Positions 39,797 through 52,315 of a stretch of 64,000 nt of DNA are shown one piece after another. Source of the stretch: Octopus sinensis (Eukaryota); NCBI RefSeq assembly GCF_006345805.1, contig NC_043001.1, positions 134,044,001-134,108,000 on the forward strand, read 5' to 3'. Under the pieces are notes generated by a model. That model was not told where the DNA came from. It did not search any database and saw nothing but the letters and a program-made list of their open reading frames with translations. Position 1 is the first letter of the stretch, and each line of letters starts with the position of its first letter. The position numbers were made by a program, and so were the translations under genes.

Positions 39797-41212
39797 CTAG
39801 CAGAGGTACCCGGCATTGACTGGGTTCATTAGTTCAAAAAGGCTTGGAAATTAATAAAGCAATTAACGCTCCCTCTCCCTTAAACACTTTTCATGCTTTA
39901 TGGCAAGACTAACACCTAAGTAACTCTTAAAGGGAACCGCACATGTAATATTACGACAACAATCAATTGAAAAAATAAAGCAACAAAAATTATAACAGCA
40001 ATAACGTAGGACTGAAATATGGTGCCAGTACGGCAAGTCTACAGAACTTCCTTATAAACAACATTTTTAGTTTTCCCCTGGGGGGATGAAGACATGTAAA
40101 CTGTTCCAACAACCCACTCTTGAGCAGCCAACATACAGCTGACCGTGTGAAAAGCATGGCTTGGCTAAGTAAAGTCCAACGACAGACAGCGACTACACCT
40201 GGGACTTATTAATAGATGGAAGCACTCTGTCGGTTACGACGACGGGGGTTCCAGTTGATCCGAATCAACGGAACAGCCTGCTCGTGAAATTAACGTGTAA
40301 GTGGCTGAGCACTCCACAGATACGTGTACCCTTAACGCAGTTCTCGGGGATATTCAGCGTGACACAGAGAGTGACAAGGCCGGCCCCTTGAAATACAGGT
40401 ACAACAGAAACAGGAAGTAAGAGTGAGAGAAAGTTGTGGTGAAAGAGTACAGCAGGGATCACCACCATCCCCTGCTGGAGCCTCGTGGAGCTTTTAGGTG
40501 TTTTCGCTCAATAAACACTGACAATGCCCAGTCTGGGAATCGAAACCGCAATCCTATGACTGCGAGTCTGCTGCCCTAACCACTGGGCCATTGCGCCTCC
40601 ACTTATTAATAAATATGGCGTAACTGAGTCTAATCGGAAACTGCACTCTGCGGAATGTGAATGGTAAGTCAGCAGCCGAAGGCACAAGGGGAATTCCCGC
40701 CATTCACCAGCGCTGAAATATGGTTCCACACTCTGTTTACCCGCAAGAGGGTGTAATTGTTGCCCATTTCTAACATCCGCCCACACACTCACCTACATAC
40801 CCATGCATATGCAAACATAAGATGAGAGTCATAGTTACACCCGCCATTTACCCACACCGGACTGTGGTTCCTCCTGCTGTTTACCCGCACCAAACTATGG
40901 TTCCTCACTCCGTTTACCTGCAAGAGGGTGTTATTGTTGCCCATTAGTAACATCCACTCACATACCCTCAAACACACATACGCATATGCGAACTTGAGAT
41001 GGGAATCATAGTTACTCCCGCCATTCACCCGCACCCTAATGTTATTCCTCCTGCCATTTACCCGAACATTTTTCGAAATCAATTTATACTTAAAACCTTC
41101 CCAGACCATAAACAATGAGCACGTGAAGTTTAAGAAAAATCGGTCAAGTTGTTTTGAGGCAAAACAAGGACATACTGATACACACACACATTTTCAGTTT
41201 TAATATGTTAGA
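39797..41212 (-). mobile_element. Non-autonomous Helitron with internal tandem repeats and a nested SINE
   Basis: Minus 5' A|TCTAACATATTAAAA; 3' hairpin acccagtcaatgccgggt then CTAG|T; internal repeats cccgccatt[c/t]accc at 40690-41065. Confidence 0.8.
40215..40600 (-). mobile_element. SINE family B, tail type 3, nested in Helitron
   Basis: 11 bp TSD acttattaata (40204-40214 and 40601-40611). Confidence 0.92.
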
Positions 41213-41805
41213 TTATCCAATATGTCCTTCCTTATTTCAAATGATACAGAGTGATTTGAGGTGAAGATTTCACTGCTATTTCTAGCAATCCTCATTGTCT
41301 CTAGGACATTGGGTGTATGCAAGCCACAGTTGTGTGAACAGAACATTATTGTAGTATTAAGGAAATATTTCATTTCAGAAAACTGTGAAACAAAGATTTC
41401 TGAAATATTCCGTTTTTTCTCATATTCCTGAACATATTTAAATATAAGAACATGAGGGTCCACACCAATGCCATGGTTACATCCATGAAGTCTAGTCCAG
41501 TCCAGTTCAGTTCTTCAGGCTCCCTGACATAACTGCAATATAAATGTGCAGCATCATCTGCTTTTTCAGAATTGAGAGGGTTCAAAACTATTCAAAGAAC
41601 TTCAGAGAGTACAGCAACTGTTTTAGCATTAACTACTGGCTACTAACAACTCAAAAACAATGTCATTATCAGTAGTTATAATTCCCAAGAAACCCTGATA
41701 TATTTCAGAGCAGCTGATCAATTATAAAATATAACACCGAAATGTCAGCAGACAGTGAATTTCTGTAAAACAGTGAGGCTTCATTTTGGACAATTTTCAG
41801 CTAAA

Positions 41806-42311
41806 TCATCATCATCATCATCATCGTCGTCGTCGTTTAACGTCCGCTTTCCATGCTAGCATGGGTTGGACGGTTCAACTGGGGTCTGGGGAGCCCGAAG
41901 GCTGCACCAGGCCAGTCAGATCTGGCACTGTTTCTACAGCTGGATGCCCTTCCTAACGCCAACCACTCCGAGAGTGTAGTGGGTGATTTTATGTGCCACT
42001 GACACAGGTGCCAGACGAGGCTGGCGAACGGCCACGCTCGGATGGTGTTTTTTATGTGCCACCGACACAGGTGCCAGACAAGGCTGGCAGACGGCCACGC
42101 TCGGATGGTGTTTTTTATGTGCCACCGACACAGGTGCCAGACAAGGCTGGCGAACGGCCACGATCGGATGGTGTTTTTTATGTGCCACCGACACAGGTGC
42201 CAGACAAGGCTGGCAGACGGCCACGCTCGGATGGTGTTTTTTATGTGCCACCGACACAGGTGCCAGACAAGGCTGGCAGACGGCCACGCTCGGATGGTGT
42301 TTGTTACGTGC
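41806..42311 (-). mobile_element. RTE LINE 3' UTR fragment with five tandem 62 bp units
   Basis: Unit atgtgccaccgacacaggtgccagac..cggatggtgtttttt repeated at 41991-42310. Confidence 0.92.
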
Positions 42312-43002
42312 CCCTAGTGATATATTTCATGAAATAATACACTTTGGAGTTTTTATAGATTCTGTCTATATTCAAAGCTGGGATATTTACGTAAGTTCAT
42401 TTATTGATAAATGTAGACAGAGGTATGGCCTTGTGATAAGTTCACTTCAAACCACATGAAGTTCACTTTGAAACCACATGGCCTCTGGCTCAGTCCCACT
42501 GCATGGCATCTTGGACAAGTATCTTCTACTATAACTTCAGGCTGATTAGAGCTTTGTGAGAAGAATTGTTTGTTTGATGGAAACAATACAGAAGCCCATT
42601 TCAACGTCTCAGCACTTAGTATAAAGTTACTTTCCCTTCTTTCTCTGTTATATTCCCATTCAGTTGAGGGACCCCTTTAGTCTTCCAAGTTACATGGTGA
42701 CTTCCCTAATACTGAAGCCATGAAAAAAGGCACCCAGTCATCACCCAGTAAAGTGGTTGAAGTTAAGAAGGGAACCTAACCATAGGACCCATGCCAAAAA
42801 GATATATACACATCGCAGTACAACACAGTCCTGCAACTTGTCAGATCCTGTTGGAACCATCCAACTCATGTAAGCATAAAGGACAGATTTTAATTGATGA
42901 TGGTGATAATGAATGAGTGTGTATGTATATGTGTGTCGCGTGTGTACCGTTGGCAATTTTTTTTCCTCTGTCTTCCCTTCTCTGGATCTTTCCTTCTCCT
43001 AT

Positions 43003-43037
43003 GTTTCCGACGAAGAGCTCCGCTCGAAACGTTAAAC
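43003..43037 (+). ncRNA. Minimal hammerhead-like motif (U4>C) in a Penelope-like repeat (~42945-43135)
   Basis: GUUU-CCGACGA-A-GAGC ucc GCUC-GAAA-CG-UU-AAAC; palindromic AACGUU in place of stem III. Confidence 0.7.
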
Positions 43038-44040
43038 CCTCCTTCTTTCCTTCTTTCCTGAGCGTCCAATAATACTATATTTGTTCAAAGTCCTCGCATT
43101 GTTGTGTTTTTTGTGCTTTCTTGTTTGGGTTAACTATATATGTATATATATATATATATTAATCAGTACATACTCATGTATTGAATTCTATTTTTTCTAT
43201 TTGTTCTAACAAATGTGTGTGTGTTTGTGAATGTTTATATCTATGTTTTTGTATGACACCATTTGGGCAATGGTCATGTGCTAATGCCTCCCTATAAACT
43301 ATTCAGCTTGTTGTTTATCAGTTTTAGTTTTTAACCATAGAATTCTTCATCTGTAAGTCTTGTCCAACCCATGTCAGCATAAAAAAAAAAGACATACGTA
43401 ACAGCAATGATGATAACAATGGCATATCACATGAGGATATTTCACTACCTGTTTTCCAAACATATGAAGCTTTGTCCAACCCATACCAGCTTGGAAAAAG
43501 TAGATGTAAAAATCATGATGTTGATGATGATGAGCATGAGCATGACGAGAGTTAAGTGGAACAAATAGCAACATAACCAAACTGAAAGTTTAATGTGAAT
43601 TTGAAAAAACATACTAAATGGGAACAAGAAAAAAAAATTACTACAAGAGGTCCTCTTTGCTGTTAAAAAGCTATTTACAAATCTGTGTAAAGAGTTTTGA
43701 GGGATAGTAACTAAGGTTGGGTGGAGACTAGAGAAATACAGGAACAAGATATGAACTAACACAGGGTGGAGTTTACACAATAAGGGACAAATACAAAGAT
43801 AAATGAAACGAAGTAAAACTGTAAACTTTCTCTTACTATTTATTATACTATAAGGATGTCAAATATAAATGATAACTCTGGTTATGAGGATTTTATTATC
43901 ACTATTTCAGTTAGTCAACATTATTCATCATCTTTATCATCATCAGTGTCACTATCATTAGTTGCAGAATGCCATGGCAGAAAAATTACAGCCCCATACT
44001 TACAAACAAATGCCACAATCATTAGATGTTACATTAACCC

Positions 44041-44426
44041 TTTTACTCTTTTACTTGTTTCAGTCATTTGACTGTGGCCATGCTGGAGCACCACCTTTAA
44101 TCGAGCAACTCAACCCCGGGACTTATTCTTTGTAAGCCCAGTACTTATTCTATCGGTCTCTTTTTGCCGAACCGCTAAGTGACGGGGACATAAACACACC
44201 AGCATTGGTTGTCAAGCAATGCTAGAGGGACAAACACAGACACACAAACACATACATATATACGACGGGCTTCTTTCAGTTTCCGCCTACCAAATCCACT
44301 CACAAGGCTTTGGTCAGCCCGAGGCTATAGTAGAAGATACTTGCCCAAGGTGCCATGCAGTGGGACTGAACCTGGAACCATGTGGTTGGTAAACAAGCTA
44401 CTTACCACACAGCCACTCCTGCACCT
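44041..44426 (-). mobile_element. Young SINE family A
   Basis: Full-length copy. Confidence 0.92.
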
Positions 44427-44768
44427 ATTGATAGATGTTAAATAAAAGGTGCAGGTGAGGCTGTGTAGTAAGAAGCTTGCTTAGTTATTTGATTTTGTTA
44501 TAAAAATAGAGATGGTTATCCAAGATAGGTTGATGCTGAAAGGGATAATTAACTTGCATTAATTTCTCAAACTCAAAGTAAGATATAAAGTTTTGCTCTG
44601 TGTGGTGCTGTGAATACTCGGAGTAATACACAGTAGTCAAAAATATTTGCAAATATTTTTTTCACCATTGTGAGTATGAAAGCAAAATATGTCTAAACGG
44701 AGTGGGTATCATAATGCCAACTCATAAATTAGGAATTCATAAGTCCTACAATATATCTGGGGGGCTAG

Positions 44769-44991
44769 GGTGGTGAGCTGGCAGAATTGTTAGCACACCG
44801 GGCAAAATGCTTAGCAGTATTTCGTTATGTTCTGAGTTCAAATTCCACTGAGGTCAACTTTGCCTTTCATCTTTTCGGGGTCGATTAAATAAGTACCAGT
44901 TATGCACTGGGGTCGATCTAATCGACTTAATCCCTTTGTCTGTCCTTGTTTGTCCCCTCTATGTTTAGCCCCCTGTGGGCAATAAAGAAAT
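44769..44991 (+). mobile_element. SINE family C
   Basis: Full head-core-tail. Confidence 0.87.
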
Positions 44992-45039
44992 AAATATATC
45001 TGAGGGCAAGATAATTTATAGTCTTCAGTTTATTTAAGA

Positions 45040-45439
45040 CTAGCAGTATCGCCCGGCGTTGCTCGGGTTTGTAAGGGAAATAACTATATAAGCATTTTTT
45101 GGAGAGTTATAGCCAAAAAATAGCAAAAAATGCATAAAAAATGGAAAAAAAATTATGGTAATATTTTTTTTAATCGTTGACTCATCATAGACATTTTTAG
45201 AGAGTTACTTCCCTTATATAATAGCAAAAAAATGCATTAAAATGGAAAAAAATGATGGTAATTTTTTTTTAAATCGTAGACTTATCGTAGACGCGCGCTA
45301 ATACCCAGAAGGGCTTGATATGAATCACGACTATAAGATACCCGGTTTCAGTTAAACTGCACCACAAAATGTGGGAGTAGTTAGGAATCTAAATCGTAGG
45401 AGACAGACACTCACACAACTTCACTTTTATATATAAAGA
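45040..45439 (-). mobile_element. 400 bp non-autonomous Helitron
   Basis: Minus A|TCTTTATATATAAAAG ... cccgagcaacgccggg hairpin, CTAG|T; internal ~100 bp duplication. Confidence 0.88.
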
Positions 45440-45511
45440 TATAAGATAAAGAGAGGACTAGCTTCATATCCAGGACCCACTAAGTCTCACTTCTCAATCC
45501 TCTCCTGTTTA

Positions 45512-45917
45512 TTACTCTCTTTACTCTTTTACTTGTTTCAGTCATTTGACTGTGGCCATGCTGGAGCACCGCCTTTAGTCGAGCAAATCGACCCCGGGAC
45601 TTATTCTTTGTAAGCCCAGTACTTATTCTATCGGTCTCTTTTGCCGAACCGCTAAGTGACGGGGACGTAAACACACCAGCATCGGTTGTCAAGCAATGCT
45701 AGGAGGACAAACACAGACACACAAACATACACACATATGCATATATATATAGATATATACGACAGGCTTCTTTCAGTTTCCGTCTACCAAATCCACTCAC
45801 AAGGCATTGGTCGGCCCAAGGCTATAGTAGAAGACACATGTCCAAGATTCCACGCAGTGGGACTGAACCCGGAACCATGTGGTTGGTTAGCAAGCTACTT
45901 ACCACACAGCCACGCCT
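45512..45917 (-). mobile_element. Young SINE family A
   Basis: Near full-length copy. Confidence 0.92.
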
Positions 45918-46074
45918 TTACTGTTTTATCATTTATAACAGAGGAGTTTACAACCAGCTATCCATGGGAATTCCTATATACTGATGACTCAGTTCTTATA
46001 GTCAACTCTGTGGATGGTTTAGAGAAGAAATATGCGTCCGTGCATGTGTGTGTGTGTGTGTGTGCATACTAGAG

Positions 46075-46440
46075 AGAATTAAAATAGAAATATTGAGAGA
46101 GAAAGAGGAAGGCATTTAGAGAAACGAAAGAGGTGTGAGGAGAAAATGAGACTTAATAGTAGAATATAGAGGGGGAAAGAGAAGGAATAAAGTGTTAATA
46201 GAGAGAGGGGAGGAAGAAAGGATTATTAAAAGAAAGAGGGAGATAGAGAAGAGGAGGGAAAGAAGGAGATAAAGAGTAGGAGTGAAAGAGAGAATTATTA
46301 ATAGAGAGAGAAGTGGGGAGAGAGAGGGAAGAAGAGGGTAAAGAAGAAACACAGAAATAAACACAGACATAGGAAGTGGATAAATATGAAGAGACAGGAA
46401 GTGAGAGAGACACACAGACATGACAACAACAAAAAAACAA
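46075..46440. repeat. Purine-rich (GA) low-complexity tract
   Basis: Almost exclusively A/G for ~360 bp. Confidence 0.85.
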
Positions 46441-46604
46441 AAATACAGTCACCCCCACCCCCCTCACCCATGTTACAGTTACCTCAGAAAAATAAATTAA
46501 GAGGTGGGCTTGCCCCCTCCATGGTTGTTTGATCTACAAGAAATAGCAGCCAAATCACATTTTACCTTTTCTGGAGCATTATTTCATAATATATACTCCT
46601 AGAT

Positions 46605-47014
46605 AGGCGCAGGAGTGGCTGTGTGGTAAGTAGCTTGCTAACCAACCACATGGTTCCGGGTTCAGTCCCACTGCGTGGCATCTTGGGCAAATGTCTTCTG
46701 CTATAGCCCCGGGCCGACCAATGCCTTGTGAGTGGATTTGGTAGACGGAAACTGAAAGAAGCCTGTCGTATATATGTATGTATATATAAGTGTGTGTGTA
46801 TATGTTTGTGTGTCTGTGTTTGTGCCCCTAGCATTGCTTGACAACCGATGCTGGTGTGTTTACATCCCTGTCACTTAGCGGTTCGGCAAAAGAGACCAAT
46901 AGAATAAGTACTGGGCTTACAAGGAATAAGTCCCGGGGTCGATTTGCTCGACTAAAGGCGGTGCTCCAGCATGGTCGCAGTCAAATGACTGAAACAAGTA
47001 AAAGAGTAAAAGAG
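46605..47014 (+). mobile_element. Young SINE family A (the only young plus-strand copy)
   Basis: aggcgcaggagtggctgtgtggtaag head to gtaaaagagtaaaagag tail. Confidence 0.93.
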
Positions 47015-47556
47015 ATACACTATGTCATGTGTGAATCAATAATAAGATGTGGGTAACAGCTACAAATTCATTGATCATAAGTTTTACCTTTTTGAGACTA
47101 GAAAAAACTGCCTGATATATTTCCAAAATGAAATGGAAAATAATCAAAATTTGGAATGATTTAATGTGAAATAACTGTGCTATTATTAAAACTGGGGTCC
47201 AAAACATACAAAGAATAATAGTGGAACATCTTAAATACAAACACAGGATGACAGAATGCTCTGTTACAGAATTATCGATGGTCACAGGTGGATTAGTACT
47301 AAAACAGTGAATCTGTGTTACCCTGGGATAAGCACCAACAACATGAAACTAAAATAAAGGTATCCCACACATTACAGCTACCTCAGGTTACAAGAATTCA
47401 CACACAGGGATTGTAAAGAATGATCATAAATTTTGGGATATGGTTTGTAACTTTGTTCTTATGGAAATTTGGATAAATTTTAAAAACCTAAAGACTACGC
47501 TTTCTTCTTAGCCAAAAGGTTCTCTCTCAGTGTTTTAACTAACATTATAGTAAACA

Positions 47557-47938
47557 GTGGAGGCGCAATGGCCCAGTGGTTAGGGCAGCGGACTCGAGGT
47601 CGTAGGATCGCGGTTTCGATTCCCAGACCGGGCATTGTGAGTGTTTATTGAGCAAAAACGCCTAAAGCTTCACAAGGCTCCTGCAGGGGGTGGTGATGAA
47701 CCCTGCTGTACTCTTTCACCACAACTTTCTCTCACTCTTTCTTCCTGTTTCTGTTGTACCTGTATTTCAAAGGGCCAGCCTTGTCACACTCTGTGTCACG
47801 CTGAATCTCCTTGAGAACTACATTAAGGGTACACGTGTCTGTGGAATGCTCAGCCACTTGCACGTTAATTCCACGAGCAAGCTGTTTCGTTGATCGTATC
47901 AGCTGGGACCCTCATCGTCGTAACTGACGGAGTGCTCC
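47557..47938 (+). mobile_element. SINE family B, tail type 3
   Basis: Full copy; left TSD tatagtaaaca at 47546-47556. Confidence 0.92.
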
Positions 47939-47939
47939 T

Positions 47940-50276
47940 ATCATCATCATCATCATCATCATCATCATTTAGCGTCCGTTTTCCATGCTAGCATGGGTTG
48001 GACGGTTCAACTGGGGTCTGGGGAGCCCGAAGGCTGCACCAGGCCAGTCAGATCTGGCAGTGTTTCTACAGCTGGATGCCCTTCCTAACGCCAACCACTC
48101 CGAGAGTGTAGTGGGTGATTTTATGTGCCACCGACACAGGTGCCAGACGAGGCTGGCAGACGGCCACGCTCAGATGGTGTTTTTATGTGCCACCGACACA
48201 GGTGCCAGATGAGGCTGGCGGACGGCCACGATCGGATGGTGTTTGTTACGTCCCCAAAGCACGGAGGCCAGTCTATGCGGTACTGGCTACGGCCACGTTC
48301 GGATGATTTTCTTGTGTGCCACCGGCACTGGTACCACAAGATACAAATTCCATTGATGTTCATCTATTTTGATTTGTTTTGATTTGATTTTCACTTGCCT
48401 CAACAGGTCTTCACAAGTGTCACAAGAAGGAAGGTATGCACAGGTGGACTGACTACGTCCCAGGTATGGGCCACGGGTTATGGCCTGACTAGTCTTGCCG
48501 GGTCTTCGGATGGTGTTTTTATGTGCCACCGACACAGGTGCCAGATGAGGCTGGCGAACGGCCACGATCGGATGGTGTTTGTTACGTGCCCACAGCACGG
48601 AGGCCAGTCGATGCGGTACTGGCTACGGCCACGTTCGGATGGTTTTCTTGTGTGCCACCGGCACTGGTACCACAAAGATACAAATTCCATTGATGTTCAT
48701 CTATTTTGATTTGATTTGATTTGATTTGATTTTCACTTGCCTCAACAGGTCTTCACAGGTCTTCACAAGTGTCACAAGAAGGAAGGAAGGTATGCACAGG
48801 TGGACTGACTACGTCCCAAGTAGGGGCCACGGGTTATGGCCTGACTAGTCTTGCCGGGTCTTCGGTTGGTGTTTTTATGTGCCACCGACACAGGTGCCAG
48901 ATGAGGCTGGCGAACAGCCACGATCGGATGGTGTTTGTTATGTGCCCACATCACAGAGGCCAGTCGATGCGGTACTGGCTACGGCCACGTTCGGATGGTT
49001 TTCTTGTGTGCCACCGGTACTGGTACCACAAAGATACAAATTCCATTGATGTTCATCTATTTTGATTTGGTTTGATTTGATTTGATTTGATTTTCACTTG
49101 CCTCAACAGGTCTACACAAGTGTCACACACTTGCCTCAACAGGTCTTCACAAGTGTCATAAGTAGGAAGGTATGTACAGGTGGACTGACTACGTCGCCGG
49201 GTCTTCGGATGGTGTTTTTATGTGCCACCGACACAGGTGCCAGATGGGGCTGGCGAACGGCCACGATCAGATGGTGTTTGTTGTGCCCACAGCACGGAGG
49301 CCAGTCGATGCGGTACTGGCTACGGCCACGTTCGGATGGTTCTCTTGTGTGCCACCGGTACTGGAACCACAAAGATACAAATTCCATTGATGTTCATCTA
49401 TTTTGATTTGGTTTGATTTTCACTTGCCTCAACAGGTCTTCACAAGTGTCACACACTTGCCTCAACAGGTCTCCACAAGTGTCGCACACTTGCCTCTGCC
49501 TCAACAGGTCTTCACAAGTGTCACACACTTGCCTCAACAGGTCTTCACAAGTGTCATAAGAGGGAAGGTATGCACAGGTGGACTGACTACGTCACCGGGT
49601 CTTCGGATGGTGTCTTTATGTGCCACCGACACAGGTGCCAGATGAGGCTGGCGAACGGCCACGATCGGATGGTGTTTGTTGTGCCCACAGCACGGAGGCC
49701 AGTCGATGCGGTACTGGCTACGGCCACGTTTGGGTGGTTTTCTTGTGTGCCACCGGCACTGGTACCACAAAGAATACAATTCCACTGATGTTCATCTATT
49801 TTGATTTGTTTTGATTTGATTTTCACTTGCCTCAACAGGTCTTCATAAGTGTCACAAGAAGGAAGGTATGCACAGGAGGACTGACTACGTCCCAGGTAGG
49901 GGCCACGGGTTATGGCCTGACTAGTCTTGCCGGGTCTTCTCACGCACAGCATACTTCCATAGGTCTCGGTCTCTAGACATTTCCTTAGTGAGACCTAAAG
50001 TTCGAAGGTCGTGCTTCACCACCTCGTCCCAGGTTTTCCTGGGTCTACCTCTTCCACAGGTTCCCTCAACTGCTAGGGTGTAGCACTTTTGCACACAACT
50101 ATCTTCAGCCTTTCTCGTCACATGACCATACCAGCGCAGCCGTCTCTCTTGCACACCACAACTGACGCTTCTTAGGTTCAACTTTTCTCTCAAGGAACTT
50201 ACACTCTGACGATTATGAACACTGACATTACACATCCATCGGAGCATACTGGCTTCATTTCTTGCGAGATTACGCA
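47940..50276 (-). mobile_element. 5'-truncated RTE LINE whose ORF end and 3' UTR are amplified five-fold in tandem
   Basis: Intact 118 aa ORF end 49921-50277 (RRLRWYGHV, GRGRPRKTW); units 48172-48507, 48508-48863, 48864-49206, 49207-49604, 49605-49939; (ATC)n tail at 47940. Confidence 0.93.
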
Positions 50277-50749
50277 TATAGTAAACAATTTGAAAAACCT
50301 ATAATCCTGATACATAGATGCATATACACAACATGTATGTGTGAGAAGGAGGGAGGGAGAGAGAGTATGTAAGTGTTTGTATATGGCACTATAAATACAG
50401 TGTGAGGTGGAATTTTTCACTGCAAATATTTGGTGGGGGTTGTATATATTTCCTGGGTTAAAAATAAGCATCTGTCTTTCTATTTGTGTGTGTGTGCACG
50501 TGTTATGTATACACATATGCACATATATATATATATACATAGATATACAAACATACACATTATCACCATCACCATCACCATTATCTACCATCATAGCCAA
50601 AACCAATGTAATCAACTTCAACAATCCTACTGGCAGCAATAATTATAGTATCAGCATAATAGCAAAATCTGTAGCCACATATATTGTATGTCAACGCAAC
50701 AATGTGTGTGAGAAAGAGAGAGAGGCCAGAATGTTGACTTTTTATGGCT

Positions 50750-51770
50750 TAAGTCAGAGTGCAAAAAAGAAGTACCTATGAACCTGGTAACTCTTCAAGT
50801 AATTGTAATCATACAGTACTCCATCCTATCTCACTCCTTCACCTTTTTCCTTTTTCATTTCCATTCTTATATCCAAAGAAATAAAACAAGTTCTTGTTCT
50901 CATGAAACAGTCCTTTGCCGGTACAATTTTTTTCCTTTAATACATACTTGTTGTGAATAAATGCTGATTGTTGTCACTATTGAATTTACCTACAATTCAA
51001 GATGTCTGGAAAGAGCCATCCAGTGGAACTGAAGATAGCAGTGTGAAGAAGGAACTGTAAAAGGATTACACTTGATATTAAATTTGAGGTTTTAAAAAGA
51101 CTTGATATGGGATACAAATTGGCTGCATTTACAAAACATGAAAGCTTGTCATGTATACAGGGGAAACAATACATAACAATAGAAAAGATATTAAAGTGTT
51201 CAAGGATTTACTTCCTTGACAGCTCAGGTTTTATTCTTTTCTTAAAGATATAATGTGATGCTTAAAATAGAATGGCTCTTGGGTGTATGGATCAAGGATC
51301 AGACTCATATAATATGACAATAAGCAAGATGGTAATTAAAAACTTTTGCATGACTGTTAGCAGAAAGAGGAAGGTAAAATATCTAATAAAAAACATTTTC
51401 TTAAGAGTAAAGGCTGGTTTGAAAGGTTCAAGAAGCACATAAATTAGCACAGCATAAAAATAAGCAGTGGAGTTGCCAGTGCTAATAAAAAGGATGTTAT
51501 CAAATATCCTGAGCAGCTGGAAAAATTGATTGCTAAAGCCAGAGTAAAGTATATAATATGAATGAAACTGCATTTTTCTAGAAGCTCATAACTGCTAGAA
51601 CTTCAATTTCTTGAAAAGAAAAATCAATACCAAGATTTAAAGTTTTCAAAAATTGCCTGACATTACTCGAAAGAAAGCCCCTATGAGTCTAATACTCTGG
51701 ATATTTAAAGGCTTACTAGGGTTAAGTAAAATTTAATTTGTTTTTGATTTGGTATTTAAATAAGAGGACC
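50750..51770 (+). mobile_element. Second fossil copy of the Tigger/pogo element (5' part)
   Basis: Colinear homology with 11520-12720; atgtctggaaagagc start, ITLDIKFEVLKR remnant. Confidence 0.75.
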
Positions 51771-52083
51771 TGAGCCAAAATTTGAAATCAATATCTGTGG
51801 CAGTTTATATATTCAGAGCAAGATGAAGAAAAAAACACAGAGAAAGAAGGAGGAATACAGACAAAGGCAGATGTAGTTCACTCTTAACCACAAGGCCACT
51901 GAGCCTTTAAGTAAACAAAGAACAGTAACTGAGACTAAAATTAAACTTGAATAAAGACATATAATGGAACTAATTGATAATTGTAAATGTATAGAATATT
52001 ACCAATGGAAATTTTAAAGTTGTGAAAACTAGGTTAGACATAGTACATGGACGGTAAATTTAAATAAGTATATATGTCAAGTA

Positions 52084-52137
<54 letters not shown>

Positions 52138-52197
52138 TAATATAGGATAAAATTTTTCAAAAAAAATGTTATCAATGGCCAGCATATTAAAAAATAC

Positions 52198-52267
<70 letters not shown>

Positions 52268-52315
52268 GCATACATACACACACACACACACATACACACA
52301 CATATATATATATAC

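Noticed and set aside
39777-39832. Strong plus-strand acceptor followed by DSLSLTSLAEVPGIDWVH*
   Set aside because: Acceptor lies inside a family E repeat and the frame runs into the Helitron 3' terminus at 39797
41934-42459. Repeat-protein-like ORFs open in several frames (also 47985-49952)
   Set aside because: Tandem units of the LINE 3' UTR; the 62 bp unit is not a multiple of 3
47557-47635. tRNA gene-like sequence (also the other SINE heads)
   Set aside because: Continues into a SINE body with TSDs; not a standalone tRNA
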